From a phage, in the sequence record PZ496580.1: a stretch of 64,000 bases of DNA. One strand, written 5' to 3'. The translations under genes were made by a program, and so were the position numbers. Positions 35,761 through 43,537 of the stretch are shown here, one piece after another. The notes under the pieces are model-generated. The model worked only from the letters and a program-made list of their open reading frames with translations. It had not been told where the DNA came from and ran no database searches. Position 1 is the first letter of the stretch; each line of letters opens with the position of its first letter.

Positions 35761-35961
35761 CTAAAATTTGTTAACGACGAATTGCATAATTAGACTAATC
35801 ACAAACATTGCAAACCAAGTATAAATGCAACAGATAAAAGCTACATACAATTCAATCTGGTCAGAGAATACACCGGGTAAAAGCATTAGCAAAATAAAAA
35901 CAGTAAAGACGCTAGCGATACCCGCAACAAAACCAATATCATTTTTACTAATCGTCATCAA
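35761..35961 (-). CDS. small membrane protein (66 aa)
   Basis: Hydrophobic. Confidence 0.4.
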   Translation of the reverse strand: MMTISKNDIGFVAGIASVFTVFILLMLLPGVFSDQIELYVAFICCIYTWFAMFVISLIMQFVVNKF

Positions 35962-36155
35962 GTCACCGTTTTGTAAAGAAACACAATAAAATCCAAGACA
36001 AGAAAGACAGTGTAAATGATCATCGTCAAGACAGTAAACACTGTCAAATTTTCATCGTTAGTTAATTCATAGTCGCCCATCCATACAATCACAAGATATA
36101 GCATTGAAAGAATGGAAGCACCTACTAAGTTGAAAAACATATTCTTGAGCGTCAT
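35958..36155 (-). CDS. small membrane protein (65 aa)
   Basis: Hydrophobic. Confidence 0.4.
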   Translation of the reverse strand: MTLKNMFFNLVGASILSMLYLVIVWMGDYELTNDENLTVFTVLTMIIYTVFLVLDFIVFLYKTVT

Positions 36156-36156
36156 A

Positions 36157-36339
36157 TTAACAATCCTCGCGGCTTAAGTCAACAGCAATTGCATACAGCA
36201 TAATGAATATGCTAGCCGATCCGAGAATCAACGCACCGTCACATTTTGAAACTCGCTCATCAAAATGTAACATTATCCATCCGAGGATGTTAAAGGCGCA
36301 TACCGCGCCTATGTTCGCTAGCCAATTAATCTTTTTCAT
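36157..36339 (-). CDS. small membrane protein (60 aa)
   Basis: Hydrophobic. Confidence 0.4.
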   Translation of the reverse strand: MKKINWLANIGAVCAFNILGWIMLHFDERVSKCDGALILGSASIFIMLYAIAVDLSREDC

Positions 36340-36347
36340 AATATACC

Positions 36348-36674
36348 TTAGAAAGAAACCGTTTTCAAGAAATCCAGATTTTCAGTACCGAATACAGAAA
36401 AGTAGTGTTTTCCTTTTTCGGTTTTAGAGAAAGCGATTGTCTTCTCTACATGGTGACGGAAGCCAGACAGACGATCACCCAGGTCAAGGCGGCAAGCGTA
36501 AGTAGTGCCGTTTTCGAAAGTAACCTCGATTTGAGTTTTGTCATATTCGCTTTCATAGGCTTTTGCTGCCGCGTCCTGTGCTTTACGCTCGAAGTCTTCG
36601 AAGTGGAATACTTCGTTTGCGTTAGCGAATACAGAAGATTCAGAGAAGATAACTTTAACAGATACTGGTTTCAT
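36348..36674 (-). CDS. hypothetical protein (108 aa)
   Basis: ATG at 36674 with Shine-Dalgarno, directly downstream of promoter 36706-36740. Confidence 0.5.
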   Translation of the reverse strand: MKPVSVKVIFSESSVFANANEVFHFEDFERKAQDAAAKAYESEYDKTQIEVTFENGTTYACRLDLGDRLSGFRHHVEKTIAFSKTEKGKHYFSVFGTENLDFLKTVSF

Positions 36675-36705
36675 TTTGATACTCCTTAGTGTGTTTCGTT
36701 TCGAT

Positions 36706-36740
36706 GGGTGTATTATGCTATACACCCTCTCGTATGTCAA
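36706..36740 (-). promoter_or_regulatory. sigma70-type early promoter with hairpin across -10 (PeSL-like)
   Basis: TTGACA(36735-36740)-17-CATAAT(36712-36717); inverted repeat gggtgta/tacaccc. Confidence 0.6.
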
Positions 36741-36747
36741 CAACTTT

Positions 36748-36948
36748 TTAGTCTTTTTTCAAAATTTTTAAGGCAGTATCTACCGCACCTTTCCAACCCT
36801 CCCACATAATGGACATAGCCAAATAGTTAAAAGTAGAATTTGGGCTTGGATTGAATTTGTTATCAATAAACCATTCAACAAATCCTTCGCTCATGCCGTG
36901 GTCTTTAGCCGATTCTCGAACTAATACAAGTTGCTCTTTAATATCCAT
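36748..36948 (-). CDS. hypothetical protein (66 aa)
   Basis: ORF. Confidence 0.4.
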   Translation of the reverse strand: MDIKEQLVLVRESAKDHGMSEGFVEWFIDNKFNPSPNSTFNYLAMSIMWEGWKGAVDTALKILKKD

Positions 36949-36957
36949 AGTATCACC

Positions 36958-37146
36958 TCAACACTTAACGTTATTCAAACGATTTTGAAAGTACATATAG
37001 CAAGCATAATTTTGCTTTGGCTGTACCGTATCAGACAGACACGCTTTTACAGCCTCTCGATCAGATGGATCTACACCCTCAGCTTTAAGTAATGCTAAAA
37101 TCTGGTTATAGCGTACTCTTAGTTGCACTAATGGTTTCTCTCCCAT
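36958..37146 (-). CDS. hypothetical protein (62 aa)
   Basis: ORF. Confidence 0.4.
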   Translation of the reverse strand: MGEKPLVQLRVRYNQILALLKAEGVDPSDREAVKACLSDTVQPKQNYACYMYFQNRLNNVKC

Positions 37147-37155
37147 ATTACCCCC

Positions 37156-37377
37156 TCACAGTTGATCAGCGATGTAAGCGTGACAAGCGCGGAGTTTCAT
37201 TAATGCACTACCTTTCACTTCGCCTACGATGTTCATAACTTCTAAGCGATCAGATGGATTCATTTTAGAGCACCAGATCTGGTTAGCCAATTCCAGTTTG
37301 CTCATATTTGGTTCCATCTCAAACAGTTCGCGCTCAAAGTCGATAATTTCTTTTGCTGCGTCTTTAAAGTTAATCAT
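37156..37377 (-). CDS. hypothetical protein (73 aa)
   Basis: ATG at 37377 downstream of promoter 37407-37435. Confidence 0.4.
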   Translation of the reverse strand: MINFKDAAKEIIDFERELFEMEPNMSKLELANQIWCSKMNPSDRLEVMNIVGEVKGSALMKLRACHAYIADQL

Positions 37378-37406
37378 TTTGGTCCTCCCGTTTCGTTGAT
37401 GGTTGT

Positions 37407-37435
37407 ATTGTAGGGGAGTTATCCTCCCCTGTCAA
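37407..37435 (-). promoter_or_regulatory. sigma70-type early promoter with spacer hairpin (PeSL-like)
   Basis: TTGACA(37430-37435)-17-TACAAT(37407-37412); inverted repeat ggggag/ctcccc. Confidence 0.6.
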
Positions 37436-37443
37436 CACTTTTA

Positions 37444-37629
37444 TCAGAAATATGCAATATAGTTTGCCAGTCCTACAGAGTCATCATTCGGCATTGCTTT
37501 TACTGCCAGTTCAAACCCTGCTTCAACTTTCTGTTTAGCGGATTCTTCGTTATAACCCCAGATAACCAGAATAGCTACTACGTTTTCTTTGCTTACTGCT
37601 TTCAGTGCTTTAGTGATGCGACGTGCCAT
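37444..37629 (-). CDS. hypothetical protein (61 aa)
   Basis: ATG at 37629 downstream of promoter 37676-37704. Confidence 0.4.
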   Translation of the reverse strand: MARRITKALKAVSKENVVAILVIWGYNEESAKQKVEAGFELAVKAMPNDDSVGLANYIAYF

Positions 37630-37675
37630 AATTTGATTCTCCGTTTAAGAAAGTGTGTTTCGTTTCGATGGGTGT

Positions 37676-37704
37676 ATTATGCTATAGGCCGGATCTGGTG
37701 TCAA
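37676..37704 (-). promoter_or_regulatory. sigma70-type early promoter
   Basis: TTGACA(37699-37704)-17-CATAAT(37676-37681). Confidence 0.6.
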
Positions 37705-37728
37705 CAACTTTTTTAAAAAATTTAGGCA

Positions 37729-37755
37729 ATAAAAAAGCCACTCCGAAGAGTGGCT
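37729..37755 (-). terminator. rho-independent terminator (UUCG tetraloop)
   Basis: Perfect 8-bp stem agccactc/gagtggct, loop uucg on minus RNA, then U6. Confidence 0.65.
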
Positions 37756-37756
37756 T

Positions 37757-37900
37757 ATAGGGAAGGTAGCGAATCTTCCTTGTCTCCAACCTGCTAGCGG
37801 CCTAGCAAGTGAATGCTTTAGCGTACCGGATCACCCCATACGCTGTAATAAATGCGGCTAGGTGACGTCCAAATCATTCTAACCGCGCTGTCTTTAGTTC
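37757..37900 (-). ncRNA. structured noncoding region (candidate small RNA or structured 3' UTR)
   Basis: About 145 nt with no ORF, GC-richer than surroundings, three local hairpins; ends at the strong terminator; occupies the slot where T4 carries its tRNA/small-RNA cluster. Confidence 0.3.
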
Positions 37901-37904
37901 ATTA

Positions 37905-38123
37905 TTATTTATATCGCTTTCTCTCGCGACGTTTTTGATCTTCTTCCTTGATAGAGTTAAATGCATCAAAAAGACACATGACACTGATAATAAACATAAC
38001 CGTATTTTCTACGATATCCCACGGCTTCGCATCAGTACAGATCCCCCAAACGGTAAGAAATGCAAATAAGGCAGAAGAGATCACAAGCATGATACTTGCT
38101 AAGATATAAAAAGTCATTTTCAT
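37905..38123 (-). CDS. small membrane protein (72 aa)
   Basis: Hydrophobic N-terminus; basic C-terminus. Confidence 0.4.
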   Translation of the reverse strand: MKMTFYILASIMLVISSALFAFLTVWGICTDAKPWDIVENTVMFIISVMCLFDAFNSIKEEDQKRRERKRYK

Positions 38124-38314
38124 GGTTTTACCTCAATTCTTCGATATTCATCACACATCCACGCAGTAAGCAAGAATCCCAACACATAAGCAACAAAATA
38201 CGTTAATGCTTCTTCTGGTTCGGTGCTATGCGCCATCATCAGACCAGCGAGAAAGGTCTTAACAATTACATTTAAAATAATTAGCCACGCAAATAATTTC
38301 ATCGTTTGCCCCAT
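38120..38314 (-). CDS. small membrane protein (64 aa)
   Basis: Hydrophobic. Confidence 0.4.
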   Translation of the reverse strand: MGQTMKLFAWLIILNVIVKTFLAGLMMAHSTEPEEALTYFVAYVLGFLLTAWMCDEYRRIEVKP

Positions 38315-38538
38315 TTCGGACGAGTCTTTTCAAACTTATACATTCCGTAACAATCTCGAATCATCCACGTAACAAGAGCACCAGTCAACACAGACAATAC
38401 ACAGAAGAAGTAAAACGGTCCGGTTGCATTATCAACATGAGCAAGCCATGTAAAGAAAACACATGCAAGGAATGTAAAGAACATCATAAAGCACAAGAAA
38501 GCGAAATATTTTATACTACTCATAGCGCCACCATACAA
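38299..38538 (-). CDS. small membrane protein (79 aa)
   Basis: Hydrophobic. Confidence 0.4.
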   Translation of the reverse strand: MYGGAMSSIKYFAFLCFMMFFTFLACVFFTWLAHVDNATGPFYFFCVLSVLTGALVTWMIRDCYGMYKFEKTRPKWGKR

Positions 38539-38626
38539 CAGATCATAAGAAACCCCAACGCAATAAGAATTGCATCAAATTTAGTGAACTCCGGTCCACC
38601 TATCAACATCATTCGTTCCTGTTCAG

Positions 38627-38872
38627 TCATAGATCACAGATCCATCTTAAAGCACCACATAAAGCGATCAGAAGACTAGGTATAAACGAGACTAAAACAA
38701 GATTACAAAAATCATCTAAGGTAACGCCGGAATAGCTACCAACTGTAACAACACCGATCATCAGACACAGAAAGAAAACAAATGCAATCAGAAACAAAGT
38801 ATTGCTAAACAGTTTAGTGATCATTAGACACCCCACGACGGTCAATTTCAAAAACTTTCTTATCACCAACAA
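38627..38872 (-). CDS. small membrane protein (81 aa)
   Basis: Hydrophobic. Confidence 0.4.
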   Translation of the reverse strand: MLVIRKFLKLTVVGCLMITKLFSNTLFLIAFVFFLCLMIGVVTVGSYSGVTLDDFCNLVLVSFIPSLLIALCGALRWICDL

Positions 38873-39017
38873 AGCAGGTCACTACCGCCTCGTTGACTTC
38901 CGCAAATTGTTGTGTTACCCACTTAAGGTCAGATCGAAACAATGTTCTATTAATAACAAAACTTTTGCCGCTCTTATCCTTACCCATAAATTTTGCTTTA
39001 ACCATATCCAATTCCAT
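38814..39017 (-). CDS. hypothetical protein (67 aa)
   Basis: ORF. Confidence 0.35.
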   Translation of the reverse strand: MELDMVKAKFMGKDKSGKSFVINRTLFRSDLKWVTQQFAEVNEAVVTCFVGDKKVFEIDRRGVSNDH

Positions 39018-39026
39018 ATTATCACC

Positions 39027-39185
39027 TTATTTGCTAATCGCTAAACCTAATCCGAAGAGAGCACCCGACGCTACAGTATACCCGAAAGTTTCAAAGGCAG
39101 TAAAGATATCTAAGCCACCAGCTAACAGAGTTGCAGTAAACAGAGTACCAGCTACGAACATAAAAGTTTTACCGATAAATTTCAT
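39027..39185 (-). CDS. small membrane protein (52 aa)
   Basis: Hand-translated MKFIGKTFMFVAGTLFTATLLAGGLDIFTAFETFGYTVASGALFGLGLAISK; AGGAGA Shine-Dalgarno; downstream of promoter 39211-39245. Confidence 0.35.
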   Translation of the reverse strand: MKFIGKTFMFVAGTLFTATLLAGGLDIFTAFETFGYTVASGALFGLGLAISK

Positions 39186-39210
39186 TTTGATTCTCCTTTC
39201 GTTTGTTTGT

Positions 39211-39245
39211 GGGGGTATCTTACTACCCCCGTTTCATGTTGTCAA
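39211..39245 (-). promoter_or_regulatory. sigma70-type early promoter with hairpin across -10 (PeSL-like)
   Basis: TTGACA(39240-39245)-17-TAAGAT(39217-39222); inverted repeat gggggta/taccccc. Confidence 0.6.
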
Positions 39246-39251
39246 CTGTTT

Positions 39252-39629
39252 TTAAGAATATTTTACTTCGTCTACAATGTCTTTCATGACATTGATTTCC
39301 ATTCCGGTCAGAACACGTTGGAACATGTGCTGAACATACGCTTTCAGGTATTCATTTGACGGCTTGCTATCAAAAGTCTTTTTAGTGTAGTAGTCATCAC
39401 CGAACGCTACTGTAATTACATTTTCGTCGTCATTCCAAGCGATATAAGCAAATTTGCCGTTATCCCAGAAGCGAGCACTAATTGCTACTTTTGTTGAATC
39501 GAATCCTACTTCGCTGTGAGATTCAAGAACTACTTGCGTGCCAGTTTCTTTATGAATGTAGTAGCGGGATACTAAGTCAAAGTTACGGGTGTAGTGACAT
39601 TCGAATTTATCTTTAAACATCATCATCAT
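39252..39629 (-). CDS. hypothetical protein (125 aa)
   Basis: ATG (first of four consecutive Met codons) at 39629 with AGGAGA, downstream of promoter 39667-39695. Confidence 0.5.
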   Translation of the reverse strand: MMMMFKDKFECHYTRNFDLVSRYYIHKETGTQVVLESHSEVGFDSTKVAISARFWDNGKFAYIAWNDDENVITVAFGDDYYTKKTFDSKPSNEYLKAYVQHMFQRVLTGMEINVMKDIVDEVKYS

Positions 39630-39666
39630 TTTGATTCTCCTAAGTGTGTTTCGTTTCGATGTGTGC

Positions 39667-39695
39667 ATTATGCTATAGTCGTTTATGGTTGTCAA
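39667..39695 (-). promoter_or_regulatory. sigma70-type early promoter
   Basis: TTGACA(39690-39695)-17-CATAAT(39667-39672). Confidence 0.6.
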
Positions 39696-39699
39696 CACA

Positions 39700-39732
39700 T
39701 AAAAACAAAAAAACCCCGAAAAATTTTCGGGG
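39700..39732 (-). terminator. rho-independent terminator after gene 57B
   Basis: Stem ccccgaaaa/ttttcgggg followed by long U-run on minus strand. Confidence 0.6.
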
Positions 39733-39739
39733 TATAGAA

Positions 39740-40204
39740 TTACAGTTTGGTCGTCCACTCCAGATCTAGATCTTCGACATACTCATGAGATCGGACAATC
39801 TCTAAATCGAACTCTAGGTCAGTGCCAAATTTACGCGCACCAACATCATAAGAAAGCGTGATATGCGGTACATATTCAGGATAATCCCACGTCGCACCTA
39901 AAGCAGTTCCGATATCGTGTCTGAATTGCATGTAGTCGCTTTCAAATGCCAGCACCAGTGCATTAGTACCGGATTGAGTTTCAAACACTTTCAGGTGGCA
40001 TAGAGAGCCTAAAAACTTTTCACCCTCTTCTGGGATAAACGGAACATAGACACGAGAATATAAGATAGTGCTATGCAGTTTATCACGAGGAACGGCATTA
40101 GGCAGATCGTAGAACTCCTGCAATTTTTCAATGCGGTCTAGTGTATCCTCAGTGAATTTAACCGCCGCATATGTACCTTTAACGGATTCTCGAAACGGGG
40201 TCAT
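39740..40204 (-). CDS. 57B: gp57B-like 2H phosphoesterase (Acb1-type anti-CBASS candidate)
   Basis: Two HxT motifs (KLHSTILYS and VPHITLSYD) at spacing typical of 2H/LigT-fold phosphoesterases; synteny 57B-57A-1 as in T4; ATG at 40204 with GGAGG (track start 40210 is TTG). Confidence 0.7.
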   Translation of the reverse strand: MTPFRESVKGTYAAVKFTEDTLDRIEKLQEFYDLPNAVPRDKLHSTILYSRVYVPFIPEEGEKFLGSLCHLKVFETQSGTNALVLAFESDYMQFRHDIGTALGATWDYPEYVPHITLSYDVGARKFGTDLEFDLEIVRSHEYVEDLDLEWTTKL

Positions 40205-40206
40205 AA

Positions 40207-40458
40207 TCAAGCCTCCGTGATCAGTTCTACTTCCTCTTCTGCTTCTTCGTCTTTAGGGAGAAGTGCTTTTACTTCTTCGACGATAGCATCAAGGGAAACA
40301 GTGCCATTTTCATCTGGCTGAATACCCAGAATGCGTACCAGTTCCATCAATACACGCTCACGATCTTTCAGTTGGCCTTCTAAGAATGCGGCCTTTTCTT
40401 GAGTGTCAAACAGACGGACTTTCAGGACATTAATCATTTGTTCATGCTGATTGGACAT
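40207..40458 (-). CDS. 57A: gp57A-like small coiled-coil chaperone of tail fibre assembly
   Basis: About 83 aa, acidic coiled coil, immediately upstream of 57B and downstream of gene 1 as in T4; ATG at 40458 with AGGAGA. Confidence 0.6.
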   Translation of the reverse strand: MSNQHEQMINVLKVRLFDTQEKAAFLEGQLKDRERVLMELVRILGIQPDENGTVSLDAIVEEVKALLPKDEEAEEEVELITEA

Positions 40459-40490
40459 ATTCACATCTCCTACTTGTTGATAACTTTTTA

Positions 40491-41147
40491 TTAAATGTTC
40501 GCGAGAATCGCGCTTTCAAATTCTTCTAATGTACCATTATTTATGATAATGGTTTCACCGTCAATAGGCACAATTCCTTTTTCGGTGGAGTGAGTCGATA
40601 CAATACCAGTATCACGCTGAATATGCAGCACCTTAGCACCCATAGAACGCATGAGAGCAATTTCAATAGGCTGACGCACATCAACCACTACAAAATACCC
40701 TTCTTCATTTTTTCGCTTCATAAACTCATTCACGAAGAGATTACACCAATAAAGCGGATTGATCAAGTTAACCATTATATCAGTACCGAGAGTGGTTAAC
40801 ATGAGACGAATGGACCAGACGTTATTATGTTTTTCGCCGATCTCATTAACGACCTTGTAAATCTCAGCCAGACGATCACAAGTAAAGGAACTACCGCCAT
40901 ACTTCGAATCTAGCATAAGCAGACACTGAATAAACCACTTATGCGCGGTATAGGTATCAATACCTAGATCGGCTTCTCTGTCACGCCCTAACCCGTCAAA
41001 GTCAAGATAAGTCAGACCTAAGTCTGGTTGACATTCGCATAAGATTTCTTTGATCGGTGCTGCCAGTTGATAACTATGTCCATCAATGATTAACGCGGCA
41101 GTGTCTTTTCCTACTCGCTTTTTACCACAAAGTGCAATCAATTTCAT
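40491..41147 (-). CDS. 1: deoxynucleoside monophosphate kinase gp1
   Basis: MKLIALCGKKRVGKDT P-loop collinear with T4 gp1; ATG at 41147. Confidence 0.85.
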   Translation of the reverse strand: MKLIALCGKKRVGKDTAALIIDGHSYQLAAPIKEILCECQPDLGLTYLDFDGLGRDREADLGIDTYTAHKWFIQCLLMLDSKYGGSSFTCDRLAEIYKVVNEIGEKHNNVWSIRLMLTTLGTDIMVNLINPLYWCNLFVNEFMKRKNEEGYFVVVDVRQPIEIALMRSMGAKVLHIQRDTGIVSTHSTEKGIVPIDGETIIINNGTLEEFESAILANI

Positions 41148-41162
41148 TATATAAGCCTCTTA

Positions 41163-41753
41163 TTACTTTCTAAAAGCAGGGTGCATAGCTTTAATACCTT
41201 CCACCCGCTGACGATCCGCCGCCTGAATTGCAGGGCGAGGAACGATCAGTTGACCATCACGTTCAATGCTCATTGTTTTAAATGGAAGAATTGCAGTACA
41301 TACCAGAGATTCATGCATATCATCGGTGTATGTTAACTCAAGTTCCCCCAATTGTGAACACCAACAACCATAAAAGTTAAAAGTGCATACAATGTTACGG
41401 CGTTCATTGTCCATCATGTGAACTTGAACGGCTTCCGGCATTGAATCCTTCCACGCTGTGGAGTTACCGTTATTGTAGTCTACTATAGAAAGCATCCATG
41501 TGTAAAGGTTTAGATAGCTTTCTAGATGTTCATCGACAATAAACCGAACTACCAACGGGTCAAACTCCACATGACTAGACGGATAATCAGCAACCGCCAA
41601 ACCATATTGACCAGCAACTTGCTTAGTCGGTGGAATGGTTATAGCAGGAAGTGTAACACCTTGAGCATTTAAAGTAAAGCCTTTTGTTAGTTGACCATCT
41701 GGAATGGCAATCTGCCAGTTGCTAGGGTTAGCATAGTTAAAGAGATTGGACAT
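41163..41753 (-). CDS. 3: tail completion / sheath stabiliser protein gp3 (by synteny)
   Basis: 196-aa ORF between genes 1 and 2 as in T4 order 1-3-2-4; ATG at 41753; no diagnostic motif recognised. Confidence 0.55.
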   Translation of the reverse strand: MSNLFNYANPSNWQIAIPDGQLTKGFTLNAQGVTLPAITIPPTKQVAGQYGLAVADYPSSHVEFDPLVVRFIVDEHLESYLNLYTWMLSIVDYNNGNSTAWKDSMPEAVQVHMMDNERRNIVCTFNFYGCWCSQLGELELTYTDDMHESLVCTAILPFKTMSIERDGQLIVPRPAIQAADRQRVEGIKAMHPAFRK

Positions 41754-41942
41754 TTTCGATTCCTCAAATGAAAATATTTATTAACAATTGTCGCTTTGCG
41801 ACGTGCCGTAGGCACTGACTACTTTTTAACCGAAACAAATTTTTATTATTCTAAAGATCTTTCTTCGTTTTGGTTATGTTTTAACCAATAACTATATTTT
41901 TATACAGTAATAAATAAAACGGGTACTATACGAGGACTTCTT

Positions 41943-42197
41943 ATGACAGAAGACATTTTGTTAAAACTCTATGATCGTTTGGATAACGAATTAGCAACAT
42001 TGCGGGGTGAAGTTCTCTATTTGTCTAAATGCAATACAGATCTGCTTAAGCAGATTGCAGAAAGGGATGACCAAATAAAATCCCTTTCAGGTGCATTACG
42101 TGATCGCGACAAGGCATTAGAGATTTTACAGCGTGTTACCAATAAGGAAGAATTAAAAGACTTCTTACATGGTTATGCTCATGCTATCGATCTATAA
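41943..42197 (+). CDS. small coiled-coil protein (84 aa), hypothetical
   Basis: Plus-strand ORF in divergent region between genes 3 and 2; GAGGA upstream of ATG; followed by bidirectional hairpin 42204-42222. Confidence 0.35.
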   Translation: MTEDILLKLYDRLDNELATLRGEVLYLSKCNTDLLKQIAERDDQIKSLSGALRDRDKALEILQRVTNKEELKDFLHGYAHAIDL

Positions 42198-42203
42198 TAA
42201 AAA

Positions 42204-42222
42204 AGCCCGTCAATGACGGGCT
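42204..42222. terminator. bidirectional terminator hairpin
   Basis: 8-bp stem agcccgtc/gacgggct, 3-nt loop; A-run on one side and T-rich on the other; between the plus-strand small ORF and gene 2. Confidence 0.55.
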
Positions 42223-42227
42223 TAATC

Positions 42228-43049
42228 TTATGCATCCTTCCAAACTTTCCTTGCGTCGTATTTCTTGCCTTTTGACATAAACTGATATGTAGGCATATAG
42301 ATAATATTGCTCCAGTCTTTCGGGCTAATCTCAACAAGTTTTGTTTTAATGTGTCCCGGTAGATATGCTTTGATCATGTGATCACTTCCACGCATACCTT
42401 TTACATCGCTCCATTTGATTTTTAAGCGTGTTTTATTGCTCAATGTAGGAGTAGATGCATATTGCTTTAAAAGTGCTTCCAGAAACTGCTGACGGGCTTT
42501 AGGCGTTACATAGTGTAAGTTAAGACCCAACATTACAGTATTACCCGCCTTTGTCTTAGAATCACCCAGACAAATGATCAGCGGGAAAACATCCCAATAT
42601 GGCAAAGTGTCTTTATACTTCGCATCATACATAAAGGTATAGATTCGCCCTACTTGCGGTTTTACAATCTGGTGTCCCTTTATTCCCGTTTTTATTGTTT
42701 TAGTAAACCATTCCTGTGATTTTTCTTTAGGACGACTTTTGGATACAGCACGCATAGACGCACGAAAATCATTAATCATCATCATTGCGCGTTGCTGCTT
42801 ATTGAGACCCTTTGCACTTTTCCCTTTTAGTTTTTCAACTTCTATTGCTGTTTTAATTTCGCTGGCATAACGAGACATACTTTTAGTGAAAGTCGCATAG
42901 GCTATTCCCTTAGAATCTGCAAATACTTTAGCTGTCATGCCTTTGGCTTTTGCTTTCGCAAATTCTACACCCAATTCGACCCACTGTTTAGACTTTCGTT
43001 TTTGGGGAGACGGCTTTTCGTCTTCTGTGATTATTTCAAATACGCTCAT
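42228..43049 (-). CDS. 2: DNA end protector protein gp2 (by synteny and size)
   Basis: 273 aa (T4 gp2 about 274 aa), basic N-terminal region, between genes 3 and 4; ATG at 43049. Confidence 0.6.
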   Translation of the reverse strand: MSVFEIITEDEKPSPQKRKSKQWVELGVEFAKAKAKGMTAKVFADSKGIAYATFTKSMSRYASEIKTAIEVEKLKGKSAKGLNKQQRAMMMINDFRASMRAVSKSRPKEKSQEWFTKTIKTGIKGHQIVKPQVGRIYTFMYDAKYKDTLPYWDVFPLIICLGDSKTKAGNTVMLGLNLHYVTPKARQQFLEALLKQYASTPTLSNKTRLKIKWSDVKGMRGSDHMIKAYLPGHIKTKLVEISPKDWSNIIYMPTYQFMSKGKKYDARKVWKDA

Positions 43050-43060
43050 AATATTATCCT

Positions 43061-43537
43061 CTATTTGTTAAGCCCTTTAAAGCCAAACACTTTCTTTAAT
43101 GCATGTTCGGTTATGATCTTAAACTCCATGTTATGCTTTTGGCACAAATCAACCGCAGCTTTCCACTTTTCCGTGTTTACAGTATATGTGTAACACTCTT
43201 GCATATATCTTTGCTTAGTCTTAGTGGTTATTCTTTTTGGCCTTTCCGGTGGCCTTGTCTCTTTTGCTGGTTTTATTTCCCATAAATGCTCTTTACCATC
43301 ATCAAACTTAACGTATATATCCATGTAGTAGCGCCTTTTTTTGTTATCGGCGCTGGACCAGTATGGAATCACTACGGTCTCTGACCCCCATTTAGCGACT
43401 CTAGGGTTACGGTCTAGCCACTTAAAAATGTGCAACTCCCAGCTTGACCTATACGTTATTTTATGCAAGTTATTCCCTTTGTACTTCTCAGGATTTTCCG
43501 GTCTATACTTGCCCTTATAAGTGTTAGATCCTCCCAT
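43061..43537 (-). CDS. 4: head completion protein gp4
   Basis: About 158 aa from ATG at 43537; position divergent from gene 53 as in T4; track start 43657 overlaps gene 53. Confidence 0.7.
   Translation of the reverse strand: MGGSNTYKGKYRPENPEKYKGNNLHKITYRSSWELHIFKWLDRNPRVAKWGSETVVIPYWSSADNKKRRYYMDIYVKFDDGKEHLWEIKPAKETRPPERPKRITTKTKQRYMQECYTYTVNTEKWKAAVDLCQKHNMEFKIITEHALKKVFGFKGLNK

Noticed and set aside
37757-37900. Possible tRNA gene in the noncoding stretch
   Set aside because: No T-loop (GTTCRANYC) or cloverleaf could be drawn on either strand; retained only as a generic structured-RNA candidate.
1438-41000. Many plus-strand ORFs of 60-170 aa across the early region (e.g. 1438-1692, 1829-2191, 4448-4960, 11587-11976, 13921-14262, 14371-14754, 17104-17475, 33186-33470, 34400-34708, 38893-39255)
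   Set aside because: Each is antisense to a minus-strand gene with better support (motifs, coupling, promoters, Shine-Dalgarno sites); the region is one co-directional minus-strand transcription block.
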